A stretch of 29,625 bases of DNA, taken from positions 1 through 29,625 of the IMG/VR virus record IMGVR_UViG_3300048878_000309; one strand, 5' to 3'. The position numbers were made by a program, and so were the translations under genes. The notes beneath the pieces were generated by a model. It saw only the letters and a program-made list of their open reading frames with translations. It was not told the DNA's origin and did no database searches. Below, one piece after another: positions 19,134-27,076 of this stretch (the stretch's first letter is position 1; every line of letters starts with the position of its first letter). This DNA is from a virus (taxonomy: Duplodnaviria > Caudoviricetes).

Positions 19134-19183
19134 AAAATGCAAAACTTGGTATGAGCTTCTGATAGCCTACGGCCCCGCAGCCG

Positions 19184-19636
19184 TCAAGCTTTGTAGACGT
19201 CGGTCAGCTGAACGTCTTTATGTATCCACCGAACGCGATCCTGGCCCTTCAATATACCGACCGGTCTGGTGTCCAGGTGTATCCTGTTCGTATAGAGGCC
19301 AAGCCCACCGACCAGCGGGTGCTGAGTTGCTAACGCGTAGAGCGCCAGGGCCATTCGGATGTTACGCATCGTGGGGTCTAGCGGCATGATGTCCGCTGCC
19401 ATCAAGACACCGTCACGCGGCACATGGAACGACCGCTTGGCGGCGCCCGGAGTCAGTTTATTTCTTTTGTAGCACCGGCAACCACTCGACACCCGGAGGG
19501 GGACACCGATCGCGTCCCGGATGCCTTGGAGGGCCTGAACCAGGTGGGGGTCTACTTTGAACTTGGTTTGGCAGGGAGGATCACAGTGGCACTCAAACTC
19601 ACTGTAGTGGAAATTCCGTGAGAGAACTCTGCCCAT
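19184..19636 (-). CDS. Peptidase M15A family zinc peptidoglycan peptidase (putative endolysin)
   Basis: From ATG at 19636: LSRNFHYSEFECHC, IRDAIGVPLRVSSGCRC..RN, S.H, AAD, GLGLY..IHLDTR. Confidence 0.85.
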   Translation of the reverse strand: MGRVLSRNFHYSEFECHCDPPCQTKFKVDPHLVQALQGIRDAIGVPLRVSSGCRCYKRNKLTPGAAKRSFHVPRDGVLMAADIMPLDPTMRNIRMALALYALATQHPLVGGLGLYTNRIHLDTRPVGILKGQDRVRWIHKDVQLTDVYKA

Positions 19637-20165
19637 GGGTAAACTCCATGATGTATTGGTGGACCAGCGGGTTGGGCTCGGCTTTCCGTAGCCCGCAGAA
19701 CCGGAGTACTTCCAGCGCAGCATCCATGCCGCGGCAGACAAACGCCTTCCAACCAAGGCGGGACAGGTCGTAGAGGTGGTCGTGCTGAGACTGGGGACCC
19801 CAGGCTGGGTTGGAACCGACAACTCGCTTGAGCTCAATCGCCAGACCCCGCGCTTCAGGGACCGTTGGGAGAGGGTCAAAGCAGTAAAGGTCCGATGCCC
19901 CTTTCAACGCGCCCATCGATTCGAACATCACCCTCCCACCCCAGGCTGACCTCTTCCCCTCGTTGGGTGGATGCATGAAGCACAGGTTGAGCTTCTTCAT
20001 CTCTTTCACCAGCATTCGATGCTCCCACGACTCCGGTGGGTGCCGGGCCGGACTCCGAACCTTGAGCGCTCGAATGCGCTTCCGCTTATGGATTTCGGCT
20101 GGGTCGTTCTTTACAAAGTAGCGCTCGGTCGCAGCGCGGATGCTTTCAGCAGTTGGTTCGTCCAT
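19599..20165 (-). CDS. VRR-NUC domain nuclease (resolvase-like)
   Basis: HPPNEGKR, GALKGASDL, AIELKR, Q..H...L...GW..FVCRG: PD-(D/E)XK VRR-NUC pattern. Start taken as ATG at 20165. Confidence 0.8.
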   Translation of the reverse strand: MDEPTAESIRAATERYFVKNDPAEIHKRKRIRALKVRSPARHPPESWEHRMLVKEMKKLNLCFMHPPNEGKRSAWGGRVMFESMGALKGASDLYCFDPLPTVPEARGLAIELKRVVGSNPAWGPQSQHDHLYDLSRLGWKAFVCRGMDAALEVLRFCGLRKAEPNPLVHQYIMEFTHGQSSLTEFPLQ

Positions 20166-20167
20166 AA

Positions 20168-20234
20168 TTAAGTGACGACACGGGGGGAAAGGATGAGTTC
20201 CTGGGGGGAGACACAGCCCCGTGCCGTCACCCAA
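20168..20234 (-). promoter_or_regulatory. 18-bp RNA stem filling the exonuclease / VRR-NUC intergenic gap
   Basis: On the minus strand, UUGGGUGACGGCACGGGG pairs with CCCCGUGUCGUCACUUAA (3 G.U pairs). Inner AGGA-actca-TCCT hairpin. Confidence 0.6.
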
Positions 20235-20236
20235 CA

Positions 20237-21130
20237 CTACCCCGGTTCGGAGTGAGGAGCAAACCGCTCCAGGGGAGTGTATTTATCGCAGCCTGCCCGG
20301 CCCACCACCAGGGTTAGACGCTTGTTCTCCAGGGTACAACGCCAGGTGTGCGGGGTCCGTTCCACATGCCGGCAGCTGCGGCAGTTCTTAGCTGGCTCGA
20401 TGCGCTCGTCATGACACAGTTTGTGGTCGCAGAATTTGCACTTCCAGAAGTCAGGGGTTGGACTCAATCGCACAAGGTCAGTGGCTCGCGGCGCATCGAG
20501 GATACGCTGGGCCTTGGCCTCAATCTCTTCAGCCATCGCTGGATCATATTTAATCAGCTCGGCGAACAGGTCGTCAGTGTTCTTGTTGACTACCAACTCG
20601 AGACAAGCCGACAGCGGCGGGCAAGGCGAACCCTCCAGGTGTGACAACCGCATGTACGATTGCACCTGTGCATAGTAGCCGGGCGCCGTTATCCTGACAC
20701 CGTGGCGTTCGAACTCCTTCCACTTCGACGCTGCGGATGTCTTTATCTCAAGGCCTATCCACTGCTCGCTGCCGAACCAACCGCGGGTTATCCCGTCCAT
20801 GCTCCCCCCGAACGCGGGGATGGTTGGGTGCCGGAACGACCACTGCCGGTTGGTGCTGGGATTGACCTCCTGCACCTCGACCCCCGACTTGCGGATGTCC
20901 GCGATGAGCGCCGCCTCTTCCCGATGCCCCCGGTCAAACAGCCGCAGTATTCGCCCGATGTGCTGCTTCCTGGTGTGCCACCGGTAGTCGTACCACGCCG
21001 CCCGTTCGCATTCCCCGCCAATGCTGGAGGCCCCAAGGTGCGCCCGCCAGTTGAGGATCGAGTCCGCCTGTGCAGCAACACCCGTGAATATCTGCTCCAC
21101 AATCTGGAGTCCCACTGGAGTCATCCCCAA
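20237..21130 (-). CDS. Cas4-like / RecB-family PD-(D/E)XK exonuclease
   Basis: LGASSIGGEC, GSMDG, LEIKT, YAQVQSYM, CKFC....C (Fe-S-type Cys set) and a second CxxC..C..C cluster. Confidence 0.85.
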   Translation of the reverse strand: MGMTPVGLQIVEQIFTGVAAQADSILNWRAHLGASSIGGECERAAWYDYRWHTRKQHIGRILRLFDRGHREEAALIADIRKSGVEVQEVNPSTNRQWSFRHPTIPAFGGSMDGITRGWFGSEQWIGLEIKTSAASKWKEFERHGVRITAPGYYAQVQSYMRLSHLEGSPCPPLSACLELVVNKNTDDLFAELIKYDPAMAEEIEAKAQRILDAPRATDLVRLSPTPDFWKCKFCDHKLCHDERIEPAKNCRSCRHVERTPHTWRCTLENKRLTLVVGRAGCDKYTPLERFAPHSEPG

Positions 21131-21591
21131 AATTGCTTCTCCTGTGGCGGCGGCTCCTGTGACTCTGGCTCCATCTGCTGTGTGCTCTGTGTCATCTGAG
21201 GGTGGACGAACTCAAACTGATTGCGGGGCCGCTCGCCCTCGCTGACTGACACCCTGGCATTGACCCGCTTCCCTTCGAGCTCCGCGTGGTGATGGAACCC
21301 GCCGACAATGTCCGTGAGCGAGCGCAGCTGTCTGCGACCATGCCAGTCGGTCGTGTCGTTGGAGTGGGGGTAGTTCACATATTCCTTGGCGAACATCGGC
21401 TCGTCGTTACCCGTGTTGACCACCGAGAACGTGATGGCCAGCACCTTCCCCGTCTGCGCCTTGTTGGTGAAGTGCTCCGCCCGGTGGATGATGAACTCGT
21501 ATGTACCGGGAGGGAGCGTCGAGATTTCAGGCCTGCCGTAACGCTCTTTTTCAGCTTGGGTGTCGAAGTCTTTCTTGTAGAACGATACCAT
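21121..21591 (-). CDS. DUF669-like ssDNA-binding protein
   Basis: LPPGTYEFII..AE, GKVLAITF, LEGKRV.ARV and an acidic/aromatic tail (QFWG). Next to the annealase. Confidence 0.7.
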   Translation of the reverse strand: MVSFYKKDFDTQAEKERYGRPEISTLPPGTYEFIIHRAEHFTNKAQTGKVLAITFSVVNTGNDEPMFAKEYVNYPHSNDTTDWHGRRQLRSLTDIVGGFHHHAELEGKRVNARVSVSEGERPRNQFEFVHPQMTQSTQQMEPESQEPPPQEKQFWG

Positions 21592-22178
21592 TAGGAAGCT
21601 TCTTTCTCAGTGGTCATCTCTGCAAACTCTGCTTGCAGCTGCGCCTGTGTGGGGGGTGGGGTTGTGGGGAGTGGAAGCTCCCGGTTGACGATGCGGGCTC
21701 GGACGGCCAGACCCACGGACTCGATTTCGTCTTCGGATGCCAGGGACAACCCGGCCAGTGACAGGGTGGCCCTGCGCTTGGCCTTGGTCAGGGCCTTCAT
21801 CATCGCGTTAGCCATGGCCTCGCCGCCCTTGCCGGGGAGCGGGACGCAACCAATGTCCTCATCCTCCCGGCCATCCGGGGTCGAGACGCGGACCGTGACT
21901 GAGATTAGCCCCAGCTCTTTGTTGATTTTGCGCTCAAGCACAGTGCAGTTGATGTGGTGAATCTTCCGCAGCTGGTCCGTGCAGTTCTTCTTGGCGTAGG
22001 CTTGCAGCTTGCCGTTTAGCTTGACCCAATCAAAGGGCGCCGACAGTGGGTTCAGGCCCAGCGACTTGCACAGGAGTAGCAGGTATTCTGACCGCTCCTG
22101 GGTCGACAGCTTTTCAGCCGCCCCCTCTGTGATCGCAGAGAGGATTTTCTGGGTGTCGTCTTTGACGATTGCGGTCAT
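21591..22178 (-). CDS. Single-strand annealing recombinase (RecT/Rad52-like superfamily)
   Basis: LCKSLGLNPL, ANAMMKALTKAKRRATL..AGL; lies in an exonuclease-SSB neighbourhood. Confidence 0.7.
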   Translation of the reverse strand: MTAIVKDDTQKILSAITEGAAEKLSTQERSEYLLLLCKSLGLNPLSAPFDWVKLNGKLQAYAKKNCTDQLRKIHHINCTVLERKINKELGLISVTVRVSTPDGREDEDIGCVPLPGKGGEAMANAMMKALTKAKRRATLSLAGLSLASEDEIESVGLAVRARIVNRELPLPTTPPPTQAQLQAEFAEMTTEKEAS

Positions 22179-22564
22179 CAGGCTTCCTTTATTGATAGGG
22201 CCACGGCCCGTGGTTTTGATGTGATGGCGTAGCAGAGCTCGTGGTAGAGGTACGGGTGTTCCTTGGCGAAGACTTGCAGCTTGGGCAGGTCCACCTGTGG
22301 AGTGTGCTTGATGGGGAGCTCCACATCCGGGTGGTTGGTCTGGAACTCGGCCAGGGCTTCCGGGTCCACCGTGCGAGTCATCGCGGTTTTGGCGCGAAGG
22401 CGGTAGGTGTCGGTGTGGTACTCGTGGGTTGCCTCCAGCTCAAACGCCATGTGCTCCTCCATCTCGGCGATTATCTGCCGCTCCAGGTCCTTACGGGCCG
22501 CGGTGGACTCCTTGATTGTCAGGCTGAGCTGCTCCCGCTTATAGACTAATTCGTCGATGCTCAT
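22178..22564 (-). CDS. Hypothetical phage protein of the recombination module
   Basis: ATG at 22564 overlaps the upstream TGA. N-terminal coiled coil, TRTVD and AITSKP motifs. Confidence 0.7.
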   Translation of the reverse strand: MSIDELVYKREQLSLTIKESTAARKDLERQIIAEMEEHMAFELEATHEYHTDTYRLRAKTAMTRTVDPEALAEFQTNHPDVELPIKHTPQVDLPKLQVFAKEHPYLYHELCYAITSKPRAVALSIKEA

Positions 22565-24504
22565 GGGAAATCCCACCCCTTGTTCAGGCTCATCTGTTGT
22601 TTTGCCTCTTTCTCAGGAAGCTCTTCGTCACCCCGTACCAGAGTAGTCAGACAGATCATATCAATCTCAAAGACGGTGGTCTGGTTTGTCGCGAGGCTGA
22701 CCTTGCCCTGCGGGTCCGCATAGACAGTCTGCATCCGGGTTTGATAGCGGCCCTCGTGCTTGGAGACGAGGATGTTTTTTTCTTTGAGGTACCGCTTCAC
22801 CTGGTTGGCAGAAGTGCCGGCGAGGGCTTTTTTGAATGCGCCCGGCAGTAAACGGACGACGAGCAACCCTACATCGCTCGCCGCCTGTTCACCACTAACC
22901 TTGTCGCCGGGACGTTTGGAGAACATAAAACCGGCGACGTCGTAGCTTCTGGATACCGCTGACACTCGATTGCTGTCAAGCTTGTCCTTGAGGATGTGCA
23001 GCCGCTGGTTGCTGATGGCGTCGTTGATGTATTCCCACAGCTGGGTCGCCGCCTTGAGGCCCTCGTCGATCCCCCCGTTCGCTTTATTCCACGAGTTATA
23101 TATCTTCCGCGTTGCCCAGTCCTTCTTCCAGGATTTGGGGAACAGCTTCCACTTCAGCGCCAGCTCAGCCGCCAGAATGCACAGGCCGAAACGCTGGCCA
23201 ACACGCCAGACCTTCCCGCCAGGGTCCGACCCCAACAGGTCCTTACATATTGCACGGTGCCGCTTCCGCAGGCCCGCTCGCTCCTCATCCGGCATCGCCG
23301 CAAGGTGCTCAATAAACGCACGGCCCACAGTCCCCGTCTCGTCTTCCAGGTGTAACTGGAGCTCGTGGATGTCAGCTTCCGAATAGAGCGGGGCGATGTC
23401 TTTGGCCCACTCCAAGTCGAGGAACCGGATTTGCTGACCGGACATCGGCTCCTGCTTGGTCTTCTCGGTGACGTACTGGACGAACGATATTTCACCGGTC
23501 GAGATGAAGAGGAGGTCGAAGGTGATGGGGCAGAGGTTATCGAGGGACTGGTTGGTCCGTTTCTTGCCCACCCCTTCTGCTAACATATAGGCAGAATCGA
23601 TGACCTCAAACGGGCGGCCCTGACCAATTTCGTCGATGGGTAGCAGGCGGTGATTGTAGGCTTGGGCCTCTATTTCAAGGCCGTTGTCGGTGGCTCGCCA
23701 GGTTAGGCAAGACTTCCCGCTCGAATGCCTGTCACCGGTCACAGAATGGGCTACACGGAGCGCGGTGGACTTGCCTTGGGACGAACCCCCGTAGAAGTGG
23801 AAACCCCCTCCTGCGGTCGCTGAGAGCGGTACCAGGGGAGCGAGGATACCGGCCAATGCCAGCTGGGCTGTCCACTGATGGCCGGGGTGGTTGGCGATGG
23901 CCTCCCCGATGCTGTCCTTCCAACCCTCCACCGACCCCTTGGGGGTGAGGAAGGCCGGGTCTTTGCGGTAGTTGCCCTTGTCTGTGTCGCTTGCCGGGAT
24001 TGTGTCGCTGCCGGCGATGTACATTTTGAAGTCCTCAGTCCAGCCCTGCCGGGTGTGGACACGGTGCCGAGATGTGGGGGAGGCGCCGCCGATGGCGTTG
24101 GTCAGGTGCGCCCTGGTCGACGTCTTTTTGGAGCGCATGTAAATGATGACGCCGCGCTCCTGGAGGAACTGAGGGAGGGATTTTGCTTTCGAGCTGGAGG
24201 AGAGGAGGGCTGCGTCGACGTATTCTTCCTGCGGAGGGTCCGTGTGGATGCGGAGGACAACCCCAGCGCAGGGTTCGAACGCCTTGTCACTGGGGTGGCG
24301 GTGGAGGTGCCACCTGCTGATGACCTCCAAAGGGGTGTCGGTGAGCCGTTCACCTGCCCCGCCCTCGAACATATAGACGCCCGGCTTGTCGCCGTAGCTG
24401 TTGAAGTACTGCCAGCCTGGGACGTCAGATAAGAGCTCCATTCCGTGACCAAGTCGTTTCTCCTCTATTTGTACTACTTCTAAGCTGGCTGTTCCCTTCG
24501 GCAT
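22561..24504 (-). CDS. DUF927 / Cch-like replicative helicase
   Basis: GGGFHFYGGSSQGKST (Walker A), WRATDNGLE, LPIDEIGQ (Walker B), YMLAEGVGKKR, ISTGE, GQQIRF. Confidence 0.9.
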   Translation of the reverse strand: MPKGTASLEVVQIEEKRLGHGMELLSDVPGWQYFNSYGDKPGVYMFEGGAGERLTDTPLEVISRWHLHRHPSDKAFEPCAGVVLRIHTDPPQEEYVDAALLSSSSKAKSLPQFLQERGVIIYMRSKKTSTRAHLTNAIGGASPTSRHRVHTRQGWTEDFKMYIAGSDTIPASDTDKGNYRKDPAFLTPKGSVEGWKDSIGEAIANHPGHQWTAQLALAGILAPLVPLSATAGGGFHFYGGSSQGKSTALRVAHSVTGDRHSSGKSCLTWRATDNGLEIEAQAYNHRLLPIDEIGQGRPFEVIDSAYMLAEGVGKKRTNQSLDNLCPITFDLLFISTGEISFVQYVTEKTKQEPMSGQQIRFLDLEWAKDIAPLYSEADIHELQLHLEDETGTVGRAFIEHLAAMPDEERAGLRKRHRAICKDLLGSDPGGKVWRVGQRFGLCILAAELALKWKLFPKSWKKDWATRKIYNSWNKANGGIDEGLKAATQLWEYINDAISNQRLHILKDKLDSNRVSAVSRSYDVAGFMFSKRPGDKVSGEQAASDVGLLVVRLLPGAFKKALAGTSANQVKRYLKEKNILVSKHEGRYQTRMQTVYADPQGKVSLATNQTTVFEIDMICLTTLVRGDEELPEKEAKQQMSLNKGWDFP

Positions 24505-25376
24505 TCGTCCCCTCCAAGCCTGCGGCGTGTGCGGCTGAGTAAGCGTGTGATCTTTAGGTCGCGGTCCTGACCGTCGTTCGCAAATCTTTTGACGTACGGC
24601 TCCTCAAGAACTGCGTGGATTTGTCTGTCGGTGAATCCTCGCCCAACGAGTGAGGCGATCGCAAGTGTTAGTCTCCAGTCACGATTGCCGGGGGCCATGC
24701 CGCTCAGATATTCCATGATGGCCTGCCCGTATTCCCAACCACGGAGTCCACGGGTTTCAAGGTCGGAGACTGTTTTCTGAACTGTCAGCTTCGCCTGGGG
24801 TCCAAAGGGGTGGAGGGGGGACTGAGTGGGGTGGGCTGGACCTAGCAGCGTGGTGGCCTCTTGGAGGAAGGCACTGACCTGTGCGGATGTGGCGAGGGGG
24901 AGGAACCCTGCGGCGTGAGTCAGGGGCTCTTTTTCTCCCCAGTAGTACTGAGTTTTTGTTGTCGGGTGCTCGCCGTAAATGATCATCTGAGAGCCGGCGG
25001 CTGCAAATAGTTCAAGGCCGCGGAGTCTGACCGTTCGGTATGTCTCGCAGGGGACCTTCCCGTAGAACAAGGCGGAGCGGGGAGCTCTGCCGATGCGGAC
25101 GAAAGGGGTGGGGCCGAGGTGCTGGTGGGCCAGGGATTCAAGGGTGTCGGCGTGCTCTTCGGAGTCGATGTCTACAGCGAAGGCCGGGCAGGCTGGACCA
25201 AACGGCAAGCCGATGTTCTGGTCAGGGTAGGCCTCCGAGGCCATGCGCTCGATTGTTTCGCGGGATTGAAGATGAGTCCCTACCAAGGGCCAGTCTGCGA
25301 GCAACACACGCTTGCCCCTGGCAGGGATGGTTTGCCAACCGTTGTCGTAGAGGCGGATGGCGTTCGACCTATACAT
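24480..25376 (-). CDS. Bifunctional primase-polymerase (Prim-Pol) with helical C-terminal domain
   Basis: GWQTIPA.GK, NIGL, AVDID, TPFVRIGRAPR, QMIIYGEHP.T..Y.W and PGNRD. Confidence 0.85.
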   Translation of the reverse strand: MYRSNAIRLYDNGWQTIPARGKRVLLADWPLVGTHLQSRETIERMASEAYPDQNIGLPFGPACPAFAVDIDSEEHADTLESLAHQHLGPTPFVRIGRAPRSALFYGKVPCETYRTVRLRGLELFAAAGSQMIIYGEHPTTKTQYYWGEKEPLTHAAGFLPLATSAQVSAFLQEATTLLGPAHPTQSPLHPFGPQAKLTVQKTVSDLETRGLRGWEYGQAIMEYLSGMAPGNRDWRLTLAIASLVGRGFTDRQIHAVLEEPYVKRFANDGQDRDLKITRLLSRTRRRLGGDECRREQPA

Positions 25377-25608
25377 TTTTGAACCAGAGCTTGCAAATCA
25401 GAAGGCCGATACCGGCAGACTGGATGATGAGCAGCGCGGACTGGAGGGTCACCATTCTTTTTAGGGTGCGGCTCTGGCTGCGGTAGCGGTAGGAGGCCAG
25501 CCGGTGGTGGACGACGCGACCCCGCAGGTGCTGGTGGAGGGCGTCGGGGGTGGGGGATAAGGGAGTGTTGTTTTGGGGGGATAGGGGGGTGTTGTTTATT
25601 TTCTGCAT
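25369..25608 (-). CDS. Small protein with C-terminal hydrophobic helix
   Basis: ATG at 25608 with GGAGG RBS, duplicated NNTPLSP, hydrophobic C-terminus. Confidence 0.55.
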   Translation of the reverse strand: MQKINNTPLSPQNNTPLSPTPDALHQHLRGRVVHHRLASYRYRSQSRTLKRMVTLQSALLIIQSAGIGLLICKLWFKNV

Positions 25609-25763
25609 CTCCAGCCTCCACAGCGGTTTCTGACGCATATCTTTTTGCCGTCGTTGTCATACCACAAGGCGCACCGGTTACTGCTGCGGCGGCGCCGTAG
25701 GGGGTAGGCGATTATGCCGATGAGGATACTCACAGCTGCGCCTATCAGGTACGGGGCCTGCAT
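25596..25763 (-). CDS. Small membrane-anchored Cys-rich protein (55 aa, not in the ORF track)
   Basis: MQAPYLIGAAVSILIGIIAYPLRRRRSSNRCALWYDNDGKKICVRNRCGGWRCRK*. AAGGA RBS, starts 3 nt after the AlpA stop. Confidence 0.65.
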   Translation of the reverse strand: MQAPYLIGAAVSILIGIIAYPLRRRRSSNRCALWYDNDGKKICVRNRCGGWRCRK

Positions 25764-25766
25764 ATT

Positions 25767-25991
25767 TTAGGTCCTTTCGAATTTGGTCTGCCAGGCTAGG
25801 ATTTCGGATTGCTTCCAGCGAGGGGAGCGGGTGCCAATGTAGCGGGGCTTGGGGAACAGGCCAGCTTTGATCCAACCGCGGACTGTGGATTGCGATACCC
25901 TCGTCAGCGAGGTTATGTCACTCCAGCGGAGGAGGGGGTCCACGTAATCGTGGGAGATGGGGGCGGGCTTGGAACGTTTGCGTTTGGCCAT
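25767..25991 (-). CDS. alpA: AlpA-family regulator / excisionase
   Basis: LLRWSDI..LT.VSQSTV..WIKAGLFPKP..IG.RS.RW..SEI.AW; AGGAG RBS. Confidence 0.85.
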   Translation of the reverse strand: MAKRKRSKPAPISHDYVDPLLRWSDITSLTRVSQSTVRGWIKAGLFPKPRYIGTRSPRWKQSEILAWQTKFERT

Positions 25992-26086
25992 GGGGGGCTC
26001 CTTTTGTTTGTTGCAGGGGATGTAGTATATGCGTGAGGAGGGGTCAACAACCTTTATTAAGGGTGGGGGATTGAGGAGTTATTCGA

Positions 26087-26365
26087 GTGGCCTATGAGAA
26101 AGTAAACTACGCCGAGCGCCCATGTAGCATCTGTGGGGAGGAGTTTAAACCGAGGACCATAGAGTCGACCGTATGTAAGGTGGAGGAATGTAGAAGAGCG
26201 TACAAGAAAGCCTACGAGAAAGAGTACCACAAAGAGTACCGCAAGAGGCCTGAGTGCCGGGCGAAGAAGAACGAGAGGCACCGGGAAAGATACCAACAGG
26301 AGCCTGAGTACAGAGAGAGACAGCTGCGGCACCAGAGAGAGCACTACCACAGGAACAAGGAGTAG
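26087..26365 (+). CDS. Zn-finger + charged-helix protein
   Basis: CSIC...C-x4-C followed by an E/R/K/Y-rich helix; GAGGAG RBS, GTG start. Confidence 0.7.
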   Translation: MAYEKVNYAERPCSICGEEFKPRTIESTVCKVEECRRAYKKAYEKEYHKEYRKRPECRAKKNERHRERYQQEPEYRERQLRHQREHYHRNKE

Positions 26366-26418
26366 CCCCAGAAGGGGGGGAACTTGTATGGAGGAGGAGG
26401 GTGGAGGTAGGGTGCGCC

Positions 26419-26799
26419 ATGGTTATTGTTTCAAGTCAACTGGTGCTGTGGCTGGCGCGGCGGGGGTTTTTGGGGGAGTCGACGCTGTACTGGAGGGCGT
26501 TTGTCCGGGAGTTTGGGCCGGATAGGACGCCGCGGAAGGTTCGAATTACAGAGTGGGATGACGACGTCGGGGTGCTGCGGGATGGTTTCCAGGCGGCGCT
26601 GGATGCTCGGCCATGTCACCTGCGGTTTAATTCGGCGAAGCCAGCTCGGCGAGCGGTGGCTGAGCTGGGAATGATGGAGAAGGAGCATGAGGAAGAATAT
26701 GGTCAGGGTCAGGATAGGGAGGAAGAACTCGTTCGAAGCGGCACACCACCTGCCGATGATGCCGGAAGGCCACAAGTGCCGGAACACCCACGGACATAG
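26419..26799 (+). CDS. Hypothetical protein
   Basis: ATG at 26419 with GGAGGT RBS; 3' end overlaps queD. Confidence 0.55.
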   Translation: MVIVSSQLVLWLARRGFLGESTLYWRAFVREFGPDRTPRKVRITEWDDDVGVLRDGFQAALDARPCHLRFNSAKPARRAVAELGMMEKEHEEEYGQGQDREEELVRSGTPPADDAGRPQVPEHPRT

Positions 26800-27076
26800 C
26801 TATGAGCTCACGATATTTGTGGATGGGGTGGTGGGGGACGATGGCATCATAGTTGACACCGCCGTTCTCGATGCCGTGTTTGCGGAGCTCCACGCTGAAC
26901 TCGACCACCAGCTACTTAATGATGTGCCGGGGCTTGAGAACCCGACCACCGAGATACTCGTGGTGTGGTGCTGGGGCAGGGTGTGGAACGCGCTGCGTAA
27001 CGAACCGCGGGTCAGGAAGGTTGCCTGCCATATCCAGGAGTCGCCGCGATCCACGGCCATGTATGACGGCCCTTGA
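26687..27076 (+). CDS. queD: 6-carboxy-5,6,7,8-tetrahydropterin synthase (QueD / PTPS family)
   Basis: FEAAH.L, KC..THGHSY (C-x3-HGH), LDH..LND..GLENPTTE, ES. The start may instead be ATG at 26699. Confidence 0.92.
   Translation: MRKNMVRVRIGRKNSFEAAHHLPMMPEGHKCRNTHGHSYELTIFVDGVVGDDGIIVDTAVLDAVFAELHAELDHQLLNDVPGLENPTTEILVVWCWGRVWNALRNEPRVRKVACHIQESPRSTAMYDGP

Noticed and set aside
19637-19879. N-terminal extension of the M15A peptidase in the ORF track
   Set aside because: It overlaps VRR-NUC in another frame, and the family motif begins at ATG 19636.
20237-21130. Cas4-like gene as evidence of a CRISPR system
   Set aside because: No repeat-spacer array or other cas genes. It sits in an ordinary exonuclease-SSB-annealase recombination module.
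25992-26686. preQ1 riboswitch upstream of queD, or a sigma70 promoter for alpA
   Set aside because: No preQ1 aptamer pattern seen. The minus-strand TTGACC lacks a well-spaced consensus -10.
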